A DNA stretch of 64,000 nucleotides from an uncultured delta proteobacterium (GTDB lineage: Bacteria; Desulfobacterota; RBG-13-43-22). The stretch covers positions 431,607 to 495,606 of the forward strand of contig CAVQFQ010000004.1 of the NCBI GenBank assembly GCA_963711835.1. The letters run 5' to 3'. The position numbers and the translations under genes were made by a program. Under the pieces are notes generated by a model. That model was not told the DNA's origin, did not search any database, and saw only the letters and a program-made list of their open reading frames with translations. Within the stretch, counting starts at the first letter, position 1. Each line of letters starts with the position of its first letter. Below, in pieces: positions 1 to 9,827 of the stretch.

Positions 1-2
1 AT

Positions 3-251
3 CCGGCTCGAAAGAATCTCACTTTTTTAATTGAACTTATTGAAAGAAAAGGGAAATGTCTTGTTTGCAACCTGACTTACGGCCTGCCGGAAGTCTTTTC
101 GCGGCACCCTGTTATTAATATAAATGGGATCGTCAGGGAGATTGAAAAGCTGTTAGGAAAGACGGCCGAAGGGAGCCGTTGGTCTTTGGGGAAGACCCTG
201 CCGGTTTCCAATACGCTTCATGCCATCCCCCTGATTATCTCCCTTAAATGA
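3..251 (+). CDS. 3' end of a hypothetical protein entering from the left edge
   Basis: Frame 3 is open from the window start to TGA at 249-251 (PARKNLTFLIELIERKGK...IPLIISLK); co-oriented with the next genes; no motif recognised. Confidence 0.45.
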   Translation, partial: PARKNLTFLIELIERKGKCLVCNLTYGLPEVFSRHPVININGIVREIEKLLGKTAEGSRWSLGKTLPVSNTLHAIPLIISLK

Positions 252-298
252 TCTGTAACAGTGTCCGACAAGTCAGGAGGGTCTCGCCGGAATCCTAA

Positions 299-1042
299 AT
301 GATCGAAAACGAATATGAAAAGATGTATCGGCTGGAGGACACGCATTGGTGGTTCCGGGCCAAAAGAAATTATGTAAAGACCGTCCTGGATCTGTTCCTG
401 AAAAAGAAACACCTGAGAATATTGGATCTGGGTTGCGGCACGGGCCGGATGGTGGACTTGTTGCAGGAATATGGTGCGGTTTTCGGATTGGACTTTCACC
501 AAGGGGCCTGCCATTTTGCCCGCCGTCGAAAAGAGTTCCCCCTGGTCCGGGGAGATGCCAACCGCCTTCCCTTTAAAAAGAACTCGTTTGATCTTATCAG
601 CGCTTTTGATTTATTATACCACCAGGGAATAGGAAACGACCAATACGTCCTGGAACAGGCCTATGATTTGTTGACCCAGGGAGGCACCCTCATCATTACC
701 GATTCGGCCTTCGAATTCTTGAAAAGCCGGCACGATCTGGCCGTCATGGCCCGTCACCGCTATACCCTGAGAGAGCTTACCGATAAACTTCAGGGCCAGG
801 GGTTTACCATTATAAAAAAAACCTATCTCTACTTTGTACTTTTTCCGTTGGTGGCGGTTTCCAGACTGGCGAACAAAATAATATTAGCCCTTAGCCAGCC
901 CGAAATCCGTTCCGATCTAAAAGAAACTCCCAATTCAATCAATGGGTTACTGGTTAGGCTGTTATCCTGGGAAGGGAGGCTGTTGAAATATTTAAGCTTT
1001 CCTATGGGTTCCTCTCTTTTAATCTTGGCCAAAAGGAATTAA
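299..1042 (+). CDS. Class I SAM-dependent methyltransferase
   Basis: ILDLGCGTG motif I, GDANRLPF and FDLISAFD motifs; N-terminal EDTHWWF typical of methyltransferases found in glycosylation loci. Confidence 0.9.
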   Translation: MIENEYEKMYRLEDTHWWFRAKRNYVKTVLDLFLKKKHLRILDLGCGTGRMVDLLQEYGAVFGLDFHQGACHFARRRKEFPLVRGDANRLPFKKNSFDLISAFDLLYHQGIGNDQYVLEQAYDLLTQGGTLIITDSAFEFLKSRHDLAVMARHRYTLRELTDKLQGQGFTIIKKTYLYFVLFPLVAVSRLANKIILALSQPEIRSDLKETPNSINGLLVRLLSWEGRLLKYLSFPMGSSLLILAKRN

Positions 1043-1045
1043 ATC

Positions 1046-1411
1046 GTGGCCCATCTCCTTTTAATCTTCATATCCGTTATACTGACCGCGGCCGGCCAGT
1101 TATGTTTCCGGAAAGGCATGGCCGGGATTCAGGCCGCCCAGGAAAAAGCAGCCCTCGGTAAACTGATTCTCTCCGGTTTATTGAACGGATACGTGCTCAC
1201 CGGTTTTATCTTCTTTGGAGCCGGTGCTTTGCTCTGGCTGGGAGTTCTGGCCAAAGAGGAAGTCAGCTACGCTTATCCCCTCTCCAGCCTCGGTTACCTA
1301 ATCGTCCTTCTGGGGTCCTCACTCTTATTCCAGGAACAGGTCACCCTGCCCAGAATATTGGGCGTCCTCTTCATCCTGATCGGGGTCTTTTTGGTTGAAA
1401 TCAGCCGCTGA
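1046..1411 (+). CDS. SMR/EamA-type small membrane protein (ArnE/ArnF-like flippase subunit)
   Basis: 121 aa, four hydrophobic segments, GQLCFRKG and VSYAYPLSSLGY motifs. Confidence 0.8.
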   Translation: MAHLLLIFISVILTAAGQLCFRKGMAGIQAAQEKAALGKLILSGLLNGYVLTGFIFFGAGALLWLGVLAKEEVSYAYPLSSLGYLIVLLGSSLLFQEQVTLPRILGVLFILIGVFLVEISR

Positions 1412-1484
1412 ATAACAGCCCTTCGGGCCGGCCATCGGTCTCTTTTTGAGCCCAGCCTCCCGGGCCTGGTCTCTCCCGGGGAAA

Positions 1485-1520
1485 ATATTGATTGACAAAT
1501 CAATCAATATCTGCTAACAG
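1485..1520 (+). promoter_or_regulatory. sigma70 promoter overlapped by a perfect palindromic operator (probable TetR autoregulatory site)
   Basis: ATATTGATTGA-CAAA-TCAATCAATAT (11-bp perfect inverted repeat, 1485-1510) covers TTGACA (1492-1497); TG-n-TAACAG follows after a 17-bp spacer; directly upstream of the tetR ATG, which has no SD. Confidence 0.7.
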
Positions 1521-1529
1521 CCTATCCAT

Positions 1530-2165
1530 ATGAAAAAGGACTGGGAAGAATTCAAGAAGGAAAAACAGTCGGTCATCTTTGAGGCCACCCTCAAGGTCAT
1601 CAAAGAAAAGGGATTCCACCAGGCCCGGATGGCCGATATTGCCCAGGCCGCCGGTATTTCCTACGGATTGGTCTATCATTACTTTAAGAACAAGGAAGGG
1701 TTGTTCAATCAAATCCTCAATCAGTGGTGGGAGGAACTCTATCGTCTGCTGGAATCGGTTCGAAAAAGCGGCGGGGATTTCCCTGAAAAGTTAAAAAAAA
1801 TTCTTCATTACTTTTTGGATATTTACCAGCATAAACCCGACCTGATCCATATTTTCATTACCCAGATATCCAGGTCCTCCAATAACATGACCAAGAGCCG
1901 CCTGGAACATTTCAAGAAATTTATTTCCCTGACCGAGACTATCCTGCAGGAAGGGCAGCAGCAGGGATTTCTCCGAAAGGATTTTGAAGCCCGCTATCTG
2001 ACCTATATATTTTTAGGGGCCCTGGAGACCTTCATGTCCATCATGGTTTTGGGGAACCAGAAGATCAAAGACGATCTTCAGAAGGAACGGATCACCCAGA
2101 GTATGTTGGAGGTTTTTCTTAACGGAGCCAGAAACCGTTCCTATCGGTCAGCGATCAGCCAATAG
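1530..2165 (+). CDS. TetR/AcrR family transcriptional regulator
   Basis: N-terminal HTH KGFHQARMADIAQAAGISYGLVYHYFKNKEGL. Confidence 0.93.
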   Translation: MKKDWEEFKKEKQSVIFEATLKVIKEKGFHQARMADIAQAAGISYGLVYHYFKNKEGLFNQILNQWWEELYRLLESVRKSGGDFPEKLKKILHYFLDIYQHKPDLIHIFITQISRSSNNMTKSRLEHFKKFISLTETILQEGQQQGFLRKDFEARYLTYIFLGALETFMSIMVLGNQKIKDDLQKERITQSMLEVFLNGARNRSYRSAISQ

Positions 2166-2180
2166 GTAAAAGGAATTCTT

Positions 2181-3326
2181 ATGGACTTTGCCTTCACCGA
2201 GGAACAATTGCTTTTTAAGGAACAGGTCCTCAAGTTTGCCCGCAAGGAAATAGTTCCCCGCTGTCAGGACCATGATCTGAAGGGTCAATTTGATTTTGAG
2301 TCCTTTCGGAAATTGGGCGAATTCGGCCTCCTGGGTCTGCATCTTCCCGAAGCATTAGGGGGCAGCGGGGCCGATGTGGTCACTTCCGTACTCGCGGCCG
2401 AGGCCCTTGGGGAGGCCGGAGTGGACGGGGGCCTGACCCTTTCCTACGGGGCCCACACCTATCTCTGCGCCGATACGATTTTTTCCCACGGCACAGAGGC
2501 CCAGCGCCGGAAATACGTTCCCCGACTGGCCAGCGGCGAGTTGATCGGCTGCATGGGTTTGACCGAACCCGGAGCCGGTTCCGATGTTACCGCCCTTTCC
2601 ACCCGGGCGGTCAAGCAAGGCGACCATTATCTTCTGAACGGCTCGAAGATGTTCATCACCAACGGTCCCATTGCCGATGTGGCGGTCGTCTATGCCAGGA
2701 CCTCAACCGCCGGTGAACGGCATGAAGGTATTTCTGCTTTTATCATCGAGAAGGGGACCAAAGGCTTCAGCGCCGGCAACAAGCTGAACAAAATGGGAGT
2801 CCGATCCTCTTATACCTCGGCCCTTTATTTGGAAGACTGCCTGGTCCCGGCCGAGAATCTTTTGGGCCAGGAAGGCCTGGGATTTCTGATGGCCATGCAG
2901 ACCGTGGAATGGGACCGGAGCACCTTGATGGCCCCTTTCCTGGGAGGGATCACCTATATCCTGGAAAAGTCCTGCCGCTACAGCAGAGAGAGGCAGCAGT
3001 TCGGCCGGCCCATTGCCGACTATCAGGCCATTAAACACAAAATCGCCGATATAAAGGTTTTCCTGGAAGCGGCCCGTTCCTTGATTTATCGCATGGCCTG
3101 GTGCAAGGACCAGGGCCGGCCTCTCAATCACCTGGAAGCGGCCATAGCCAAGCTCTTTATCGGGGATTGGAGTCTGGTCCCGACCAATCATGCCGTCATC
3201 ATCCACGGCGGCTACGGTTACTGCCACGAATACGATGTGGAAAGAACCTTTCGTGACAGCCGCCTGGCCCCGATCGGAGGCGGAACCTCCGAGATTCAAA
3301 AGATGATTATTTCCCGTTTGATGTAG
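2181..3326 (+). CDS. Acyl-CoA dehydrogenase
   Basis: GLTEPGAGSD, NGSKMFITNG, RQQFGRPI, HGGYGY and IGGGTSEIQ motifs. Confidence 0.95.
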   Translation: MDFAFTEEQLLFKEQVLKFARKEIVPRCQDHDLKGQFDFESFRKLGEFGLLGLHLPEALGGSGADVVTSVLAAEALGEAGVDGGLTLSYGAHTYLCADTIFSHGTEAQRRKYVPRLASGELIGCMGLTEPGAGSDVTALSTRAVKQGDHYLLNGSKMFITNGPIADVAVVYARTSTAGERHEGISAFIIEKGTKGFSAGNKLNKMGVRSSYTSALYLEDCLVPAENLLGQEGLGFLMAMQTVEWDRSTLMAPFLGGITYILEKSCRYSRERQQFGRPIADYQAIKHKIADIKVFLEAARSLIYRMAWCKDQGRPLNHLEAAIAKLFIGDWSLVPTNHAVIIHGGYGYCHEYDVERTFRDSRLAPIGGGTSEIQKMIISRLM

Positions 3327-3334
3327 AGGCCAAC

Positions 3335-4486
3335 ATGAATTTTGATCTAAGCGACTATCAAAAAGGAATACGAAAGGACCTGGCCGACTTATTAAAGGAG
3401 GAGGCCGGCCGATTCGCTGCCTTGAGAGATGAAGATCCCAAGACGCTTCAACAGAGGATGCGGAATTTTTTCCAAAAACTGGAAGGCCGCACCGTATACC
3501 TTCACTTGGGGCTCGATCCCCAGGAATTGAAGGAGTCGACCTTTGCTCAAGCCTTGAACAGCATTTTTTTAGGCCAGGAATTAGCCAAGGTCTCCCCCTC
3601 CTTATATATCGCCCTGGAGACGAGCACCCGGCTGTTCGGCTGGATCATTGCCCGCTTTGGAATGGAAACAAACCGCCGGGACTTCCTGATGCCTCTTCAA
3701 AAGGGACAAAAGATCGGGGCGGTGGGCCTGGCCGAATCTTCCGGAAATTTTCCCAAAAATGAAATAGAGACTACCGCCCGGCAGGAGGGGGATTTTTATC
3801 GTATATCGGGATTAAAAAAACAGGTCATCAATGCCCCGATCGCCGATTTTTTTGCCCTAACCGGCCGGATCGACGGGCAAGAGGCTGTCTTTTTACTCTC
3901 CGCCGACCAGGAAGGTCTGCAGGTTGGGGCTTCCCTGAAAACCCTGGGTTTTCAGGGCTTGACCCAATCCGAGGTCCACTTAAACCAATGCCTGATTCCG
4001 GCCGACCAGGTCATCGGACCCTTGGCCGATGAGGCCCTTTTTCTTCCTATCCAAATCCGACAAAATCTGATTTACACCCTGGCCTCTTTTGGAATCATGG
4101 AACGGGCCATCAAGGCCGCCAAACATTATTCCGGAAAAAGCCAGGACGGCGGCAAGCCGCCGCAAGCCTATCAGGAGATCCGTTTCAAGCTGGCGGAGAT
4201 GTTTACCCTCTTGCAGACCTCGCAGTGGCTGCTCTACCGGGCAGCCTGGATGTTGGAGGCTCGGATGTCCGAAGCGGAAACAGTGGCTGCCGCCGCCAAG
4301 GTCTTTATCACCGAGTCGGCTGAGGAGGTGACCAGAGGGGCCCTGCAGATCATGGGCTTCGAAGGGTATCAGTCCGGCCATGACTTGGAGGAATGCTTCC
4401 GGGATGCCCGACTGGGTCCGGTGGCCGGAGAAACCTCAGAAGTACTCCGGATGCGCATTGCCGATGATTGTTTGGGAAAGTACTGA
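3335..4486 (+). CDS. Acyl-CoA dehydrogenase-like protein with degenerate motifs (possible non-catalytic subunit)
   Basis: ACAD remnants (YQEIRFKLAEM, QIMGFEGY, FRDARLG) with the canonical motifs altered (GLAESSGN, GLKKQVINA, VAGETSE). Confidence 0.85.
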   Translation: MNFDLSDYQKGIRKDLADLLKEEAGRFAALRDEDPKTLQQRMRNFFQKLEGRTVYLHLGLDPQELKESTFAQALNSIFLGQELAKVSPSLYIALETSTRLFGWIIARFGMETNRRDFLMPLQKGQKIGAVGLAESSGNFPKNEIETTARQEGDFYRISGLKKQVINAPIADFFALTGRIDGQEAVFLLSADQEGLQVGASLKTLGFQGLTQSEVHLNQCLIPADQVIGPLADEALFLPIQIRQNLIYTLASFGIMERAIKAAKHYSGKSQDGGKPPQAYQEIRFKLAEMFTLLQTSQWLLYRAAWMLEARMSEAETVAAAAKVFITESAEEVTRGALQIMGFEGYQSGHDLEECFRDARLGPVAGETSEVLRMRIADDCLGKY

Positions 4487-4561
4487 AAAAGATTGGGCCA
4501 GAGGACCGACAGGCTTAAGGTTTGAGGCAGTTTGTTTTTCTAACAGACAAGGGATTGCGCT

Positions 4562-6178
4562 ATGGAAACCATCGAAACCCGCATCGACACCCGTTCCCAG
4601 GAGTATCAAGATAATTTCCGGCACAACCTGGGCCTGGTGGATCTTCTCAACCACGAGTTGAAGAAGGCCCGGGAGGATCGGTCCGACAAGTCTATCGCCC
4701 GCATGAAGGAGCAGGGAAAACTCCTGCCCCGAAAGCGCCTGGACCTTCTTCTAGATCGGAATACCCCCTTTCTGGAAATCGGCCCTCTGGCCGCTTACGA
4801 CCTTTACGATAAAAAGGTTTACGGGGCCGGAATCATAGCCGGCATCGGGATGGTCGAAGGCCGGGAAGTCCTGGTTCATGCCAACGATTCCCTGATCAAG
4901 GGCGGGACCATCTACCCCATGGGCGTCAAGAAAGGGCTCCGGATTCAAACCCTGGCCATGGAAAACCGCCTGCCGATCATCAACCTGGTCGATTCCGGGG
5001 GGGCCTATCTGCCCCTGCAATCCGAGATTTTTCCGGATGCCGATGACGGCGGACGCATTTTTTACAACCAGGCCGTAATTTCCAAAATGGGGATCCCCCA
5101 GATCTGCGGCGTTATGGGACTATGCACCGCCGGGGCCGCCTATATCCCGGCCATGAGCGACGAGGTAGTCCATGTCAAGGGCACCGGGGCCATTTTCCTG
5201 GGAGGGCCGCCCCTGGTCCTGGCCGCCACCGGAGAAGAAGTCACGGCCGATGAATTAGGCGGGGCCCTGGTCCATTGCCGCCAATCCGGCGTTTCCGACT
5301 ACTTGGCCGAGGATGATGCCCACTGCATAGAAATCATTCGCCAGATCGTTAAGAACCTTCCTCCAACCCGAAAAACCGAGATCGGCCTGCAGGAACCCAA
5401 ACCAACTCTTTACGACCCCAAGGAACTCTACGGGATCGTTCCCCAGAAGTTAAGCACACCCTATGATGTCCGGGAAGTCATCGCCCGGATGGTGGACGGC
5501 AGTGAGTTTTTGGAATTCAAGGCCCAGTTCGGAACAACCCTGGTCTGCGGCTGGGCCTATATCCACGGCTACCCGGTGGGGATCCTGGGCAATAATGGCA
5601 TCCTTTTTTCGGACAGCTCGCTGAAGGCCACCCAATTCATCCAGCTCTGTGACAAGCGCGGCATCCCCTTGGTCTTTTTGCAGAATATCAACGGGTATAT
5701 CATCGGCAAGGAATACGAACGCATCGGCATCACCAAAGACGGCCATAAAATGGTCAATGCCGTCTCCACGGCCACCGTCCCCAAATTCACGGTTATCATC
5801 GGGGCCTCCTTCGGGGCCGGCAATTACGGCATGTGCGGCCGGGCCTATGGGCCTCGCTTCCTTTGGATGTGGCCCAATGCCCAAATCGGCGTTATGGGAG
5901 GAGAACAAGCAGCCGACGTCCTGATCACCGTCAAGAACGACCAGTTGGGCCGGGAAGGGCAGCCTTTCCTGCCGGAGGAGATGGTCCGGCAGATCCGGGA
6001 ACCCATTATCGCCTCGGCCCTTAGAGAGGGCAATGCCTATTATTCTACGGCCAATCTCTGGGACGACGGCATCCTGGATCCGGCCAAAACGCGTGATGTG
6101 CTCGGACTGGCCATATCGGCGGCCCTGAATGCCCCGCTGCGGCATGACGTTTATGGGTATGGGACGTTCAGGATGTAA
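4562..6178 (+). CDS. Acyl-CoA carboxylase carboxyltransferase subunit (MCC-beta/LiuB/AtuC-like)
   Basis: LVDSGGAYLPLQ, GLCTAGAAYIP, GASFGAGNYGMCGRAY and WDDGILDP motifs. Confidence 0.93.
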   Translation: METIETRIDTRSQEYQDNFRHNLGLVDLLNHELKKAREDRSDKSIARMKEQGKLLPRKRLDLLLDRNTPFLEIGPLAAYDLYDKKVYGAGIIAGIGMVEGREVLVHANDSLIKGGTIYPMGVKKGLRIQTLAMENRLPIINLVDSGGAYLPLQSEIFPDADDGGRIFYNQAVISKMGIPQICGVMGLCTAGAAYIPAMSDEVVHVKGTGAIFLGGPPLVLAATGEEVTADELGGALVHCRQSGVSDYLAEDDAHCIEIIRQIVKNLPPTRKTEIGLQEPKPTLYDPKELYGIVPQKLSTPYDVREVIARMVDGSEFLEFKAQFGTTLVCGWAYIHGYPVGILGNNGILFSDSSLKATQFIQLCDKRGIPLVFLQNINGYIIGKEYERIGITKDGHKMVNAVSTATVPKFTVIIGASFGAGNYGMCGRAYGPRFLWMWPNAQIGVMGGEQAADVLITVKNDQLGREGQPFLPEEMVRQIREPIIASALREGNAYYSTANLWDDGILDPAKTRDVLGLAISAALNAPLRHDVYGYGTFRM

Positions 6179-6252
6179 GCAAAACGGATGACCTTAGGGT
6201 GCGGCGACTTTTGCCGCCCCGCTGCCAACAGGGAATAAAGGTCTTATGGGTA

Positions 6253-7743
6253 ATGTCCATGTTTAAAAAAGTGTTGATCGCCAATCGCGGTGAGATTGCC
6301 GTCCGGATTATGCGGACCTGCCGGGAAATGGGCCTCCGGACCGTAGCCGTTTATTCCGAGGTCGACCGCATGGCCCTCCATGTCCTGGAGGCCGATGAAG
6401 CGGTCTATCTGGGAGAGGCGGAACCGGCTCAAAGCTACTTGAATAAGGACCGGATTATTGAGGCTGCCCGCCGGACCCAATCCGAAGCCATACACCCGGG
6501 CTACGGCTTCCTGGCTGAAAATGAAAATTTCGCCGAGGCCTGCCACCAGGCCGGGATTGTTTTTATCGGGCCCCCGGCCAAGGTGATTCGCGCATTGGGC
6601 AACAAAACCGTTGCCAGACGCATCATGTCAGAAGCCGGTGTTCCGGTCATTCCCGGCATGATGGGAACCGCGATTGATCCCAAACTATTGTCTCAGGAAG
6701 CAGATCGGATTGGGTATCCTGTTATTATTAAGGCCGAAGCCGGCGGCGGCGGAAAAGGCATGCGCATTGTTCGGAATCCGCTTGACCTGGAGGAGGCCTG
6801 CCTCTCCTGCCGAAGCGAAGCCGAAAAGGCCTTTGGGAACGAATCCGTATACCTTGAAAAGCACCTGGAATCTCCCCGGCACATTGAATTCCAAATCCTG
6901 GCCGACAACTGGGGGAATGTGGTCCAGCTCTTTGAACGGGAGTGCTCGATTCAAAGAAGGCATCAGAAGATTATTGAAGAAACCCCCTCCCCGGCCCTCA
7001 CCCCAGACCTTCGAGACCTTATGGGTCAGGCAGCCATCTCCGCAGCCAGGGCCTCCGGCTATGTCAATGCCGGGACGGTCGAATTTCTACTCGATGGCCA
7101 GGGACAATTTTATTTTTTGGAAGTCAACACCCGGCTCCAGGTCGAACATCCTATTACCGAATGCACCACCGGGCTGGACCTGGTCCGGGAACAGATAAAG
7201 GTGGCCGCCGGAGAGCCCCTGTCTTTTTCGCAAAACGACCTTCGGCAGACAGGCCATGCCATCGAATGCCGGATCTATGCCGAAGACCCGGAAAATAATT
7301 TCTTTCCCGATCCGGGCAACATCCTCTTTCTAAATGAACCGGCCGGGCCGGGGATCCGCCACGATTGTGGTATTTATGCCGGGGCCGAAGTACCGGTGGA
7401 TTACGATCCCATTCTCAGCAAGCTGATCGTCTTTGCCTCCACCCGGGAAGCGGCCCGGCAACGGATGATTCGGGCGCTTAAAAACTGCGTCATCCTGGGG
7501 ATTAAAACCACCCTGCCTTTTTTACTGGATGTGATCGCATCCTCCCCGTTTGCCGAAGGTCAAACCAACACGGTTTTCATCGATCGACACTTCGGCAACT
7601 GGAGGCAGGAAAATAAGCGCCGGGATCTGGCCGGGATCATCTATGCGCTGGATGAGGTTACCGGCGCTACCCGGCCCCAGGTCCCCTTTGCCGGATCCGG
7701 CCTGCTCACCCCCTGGGAAACCCTGGGGCATTGGAGGATCTGA
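6253..7743 (+). CDS. Biotin carboxylase subunit (MCC-alpha/LiuD/AtuF-like)
   Basis: KVLIANRGEIAVR, HPGYGFLAEN, GGGGKGMR, ERECSIQRRHQK and EVNTRLQVEHP; start trimmed to the ATG at 6253 (or 6259). Confidence 0.93.
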   Translation: MSMFKKVLIANRGEIAVRIMRTCREMGLRTVAVYSEVDRMALHVLEADEAVYLGEAEPAQSYLNKDRIIEAARRTQSEAIHPGYGFLAENENFAEACHQAGIVFIGPPAKVIRALGNKTVARRIMSEAGVPVIPGMMGTAIDPKLLSQEADRIGYPVIIKAEAGGGGKGMRIVRNPLDLEEACLSCRSEAEKAFGNESVYLEKHLESPRHIEFQILADNWGNVVQLFERECSIQRRHQKIIEETPSPALTPDLRDLMGQAAISAARASGYVNAGTVEFLLDGQGQFYFLEVNTRLQVEHPITECTTGLDLVREQIKVAAGEPLSFSQNDLRQTGHAIECRIYAEDPENNFFPDPGNILFLNEPAGPGIRHDCGIYAGAEVPVDYDPILSKLIVFASTREAARQRMIRALKNCVILGIKTTLPFLLDVIASSPFAEGQTNTVFIDRHFGNWRQENKRRDLAGIIYALDEVTGATRPQVPFAGSGLLTPWETLGHWRI

Positions 7744-7749
7744 TAGCCC

Positions 7750-8268
7750 ATGAAATATGAATTAAAAATCGGCCAAGAGGCGGTTCAGGTTGAGTTGATC
7801 CCCGGCGATCTTCCCCAGACAGGTCAAGCACTGATTGGTGAAAACCAATACCAGGTCGCCTATCAACCGGTATCCCCTCATCAGCTGCAGATGCTGGTGA
7901 ACGGTGAACCGATAAAGGCCTTTATCGTCAGGGACGGTGATCAAAAGCATATAGGTATTGACGGCCAGGTCTTTCGCGTTTCCCAGGGAGATCAAGGGAA
8001 AGGCCGCCAAAGACGTTCCGCCGGGCCGGAGGAAACCCCGGGGGAGGTTACCCCGCCGATGCCTTCGGTAGTGGTGCGCATCCTGGTCAAGGAAGGGGAC
8101 TGGGTGGTTAAGGACCAGGGATTGATGGTCGTTTCGGCCATGAAGATGGAGACCACGCTGAAGGCCCCGCATAATGGAAAAGTAATTAAAATCAACACCG
8201 CCCTCCAGGCCAAGGTCATGCCGGGCGACAAACTGGTGGAAATCCAGGAAGGGACACAAGATGAGTGA
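7750..8268 (+). CDS. Biotin carboxyl carrier protein
   Basis: C-terminal biotinyl domain with AMKM motif (VSAMKMETTLKAP). Confidence 0.9.
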   Translation: MKYELKIGQEAVQVELIPGDLPQTGQALIGENQYQVAYQPVSPHQLQMLVNGEPIKAFIVRDGDQKHIGIDGQVFRVSQGDQGKGRQRRSAGPEETPGEVTPPMPSVVVRILVKEGDWVVKDQGLMVVSAMKMETTLKAPHNGKVIKINTALQAKVMPGDKLVEIQEGTQDE

Positions 8269-9037
8269 GGATCTGCTGTACACGGTCAAGGATTATGTGG
8301 CGACCTTCACCCTGAACCGGGAGGCCCGCCGAAATGCCATCAGCCAGGATATGATTACCGCCTTTCACCGCTACCTGGACCAAGCCGATCAGGATGAAAC
8401 AATCCGGGCCGTTTGTGTCACCGGAACCGGTGACAAGTCCTTCTGTGCCGGAGCCGACCTCCTGGTGACGCTGGCCAGGGAGGATGAAGATCGGCTGGCC
8501 GGTGCCCGAAACTACGCCGCCCTTCTCAAGAAGATCGTTCGTTTCAATAAACCGGTGGTCGCCCGGGTCAACGGGGCCTGCCTGGCCGGCGGATTGGGAT
8601 TGATGCTGGCCTGTGATATCGTTATCGCCCGCAGGGATGTGGCCTTCTGGACGCCGGAAGTGAATGTGGGTATCTTTCCCATGATGGTCGGAGCCCTTCT
8701 GATGCGCCATTTGTCTCCGAAGAAAGTCATGGACATGGTTCTGACCGGACGTAAAATCAATGCTCCGGAAGCGGAGCAAGTCGGCCTGATCAGCCGGGCG
8801 GTTGAACTCGAAAAGTTCGACCAGGAGGTCGAAGCGACCTTAAACCTCTTGATCTCCAAGAGTCCGATAGGATTGCGGATCGGCAAGGAGGCTTTTTATG
8901 CCGCCGGCGACCTGCCTTTTGAAGAGGCGGTTGATTATCTCTGCCTGGCCCTGGGCCGGGCCATCTCCACCGAGGATGCCACGGAAGGGATGATGGCCTT
9001 TATCGAAAAACGGGAGCCAAAATTTAAGGGGCGATAA
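8261..9037 (+). CDS. Enoyl-CoA hydratase/isomerase (crotonase family)
   Basis: TLNREARRNA, FCAGADL, NGACLAGGLGL and AFIEKREPKFKG. Confidence 0.9.
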   Translation: MSEDLLYTVKDYVATFTLNREARRNAISQDMITAFHRYLDQADQDETIRAVCVTGTGDKSFCAGADLLVTLAREDEDRLAGARNYAALLKKIVRFNKPVVARVNGACLAGGLGLMLACDIVIARRDVAFWTPEVNVGIFPMMVGALLMRHLSPKKVMDMVLTGRKINAPEAEQVGLISRAVELEKFDQEVEATLNLLISKSPIGLRIGKEAFYAAGDLPFEEAVDYLCLALGRAISTEDATEGMMAFIEKREPKFKGR

Positions 9038-9074
9038 GGCGGAATCGATAGCGGCGTTGCTTAATGGAGTTACA

Positions 9075-9527
9075 ATGGACTTTCAGCTCGGCAAAAGTTA
9101 TGATGAAATACAGATAGGGGATAAGGCCTCCTTTTCCAAGACCATTACCGAAACCGATGTCTACCTCTTTGCCGGCATCAGCGGGGATTTCAATCCCATG
9201 CACGTCAATGAGGAATTCGCCAAGCTGACGCCTTTCAAGACCCGGATTGCCCATGGGGCCTTGCCCCAAAGCCTGATCGCACCGGTCTTGGGTACCAGAC
9301 TCCCGGGTCTGGGAACCGTGGCCGTAGAAATAACCACCCGTTTTAGAAAACCGACTTTTTTCGGAGATACGGTCACGGCCACGGCCGAAGTGATTGAAAA
9401 GATCGAGATTAAAAAAAGGGTCCGGATGAAACTGACCTGGACCAATCAGCGCCGGGAACTTATCGGCGACGGGGAAGCCTTGGTCATCCCCCCGCCGAAG
9501 ATGGAAGAGTTAATAACCGCCTTATAA
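9075..9527 (+). CDS. MaoC/PhaJ-type (R)-specific enoyl-CoA hydratase
   Basis: Hydratase-2 motif FAGISGDFNPMHVNEEFA and IAHG; GGAG SD before the ATG at 9075. Confidence 0.9.
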   Translation: MDFQLGKSYDEIQIGDKASFSKTITETDVYLFAGISGDFNPMHVNEEFAKLTPFKTRIAHGALPQSLIAPVLGTRLPGLGTVAVEITTRFRKPTFFGDTVTATAEVIEKIEIKKRVRMKLTWTNQRRELIGDGEALVIPPPKMEELITAL

Positions 9528-9780
9528 TGGTATCTAACCGATGGGGCCGCTTTTTCTTCCGTCTGTGGCTTTCGGGCTGGTCTTTTTTCCGGACTTATCC
9601 AGGGGGTATCCCTTACCCCTTCCGCATTCTCGCCCGCTAAAAATCAGCGGTCGAGTCCCGCTGTAGCGGGATTTCCCCATGGGTAAGTCCGGAAAAGACG
9701 GCGCCCTTTCGCCAATGACTCCAGAATAAACAGCCCAACCGGTTTGGGTAACGTCAGTCTTATCGTGAGATTGTTATTAA
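9510..9780. mobile_element. MITE-like dispersed repeat, family A, copy 1
   Basis: Colinear with 48267-48579 (e.g. TTTTCTTCCGTCTG, CCGCATTCTCGCCCGCTAAAAATCAGCGG, GCGCCCTTTCGCCAATGACTCCAGAA); inverted ends TTAATAAC...GTTATTAA; internal stem TCCGGACTTATCCA...TGGGTAAGTCCGGA. Confidence 0.75.
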
Positions 9781-9827
9781 CACCAAAAGGGGAGAACCCC
9801 GAATTCAACACAAAGGAGGAAATTAAA

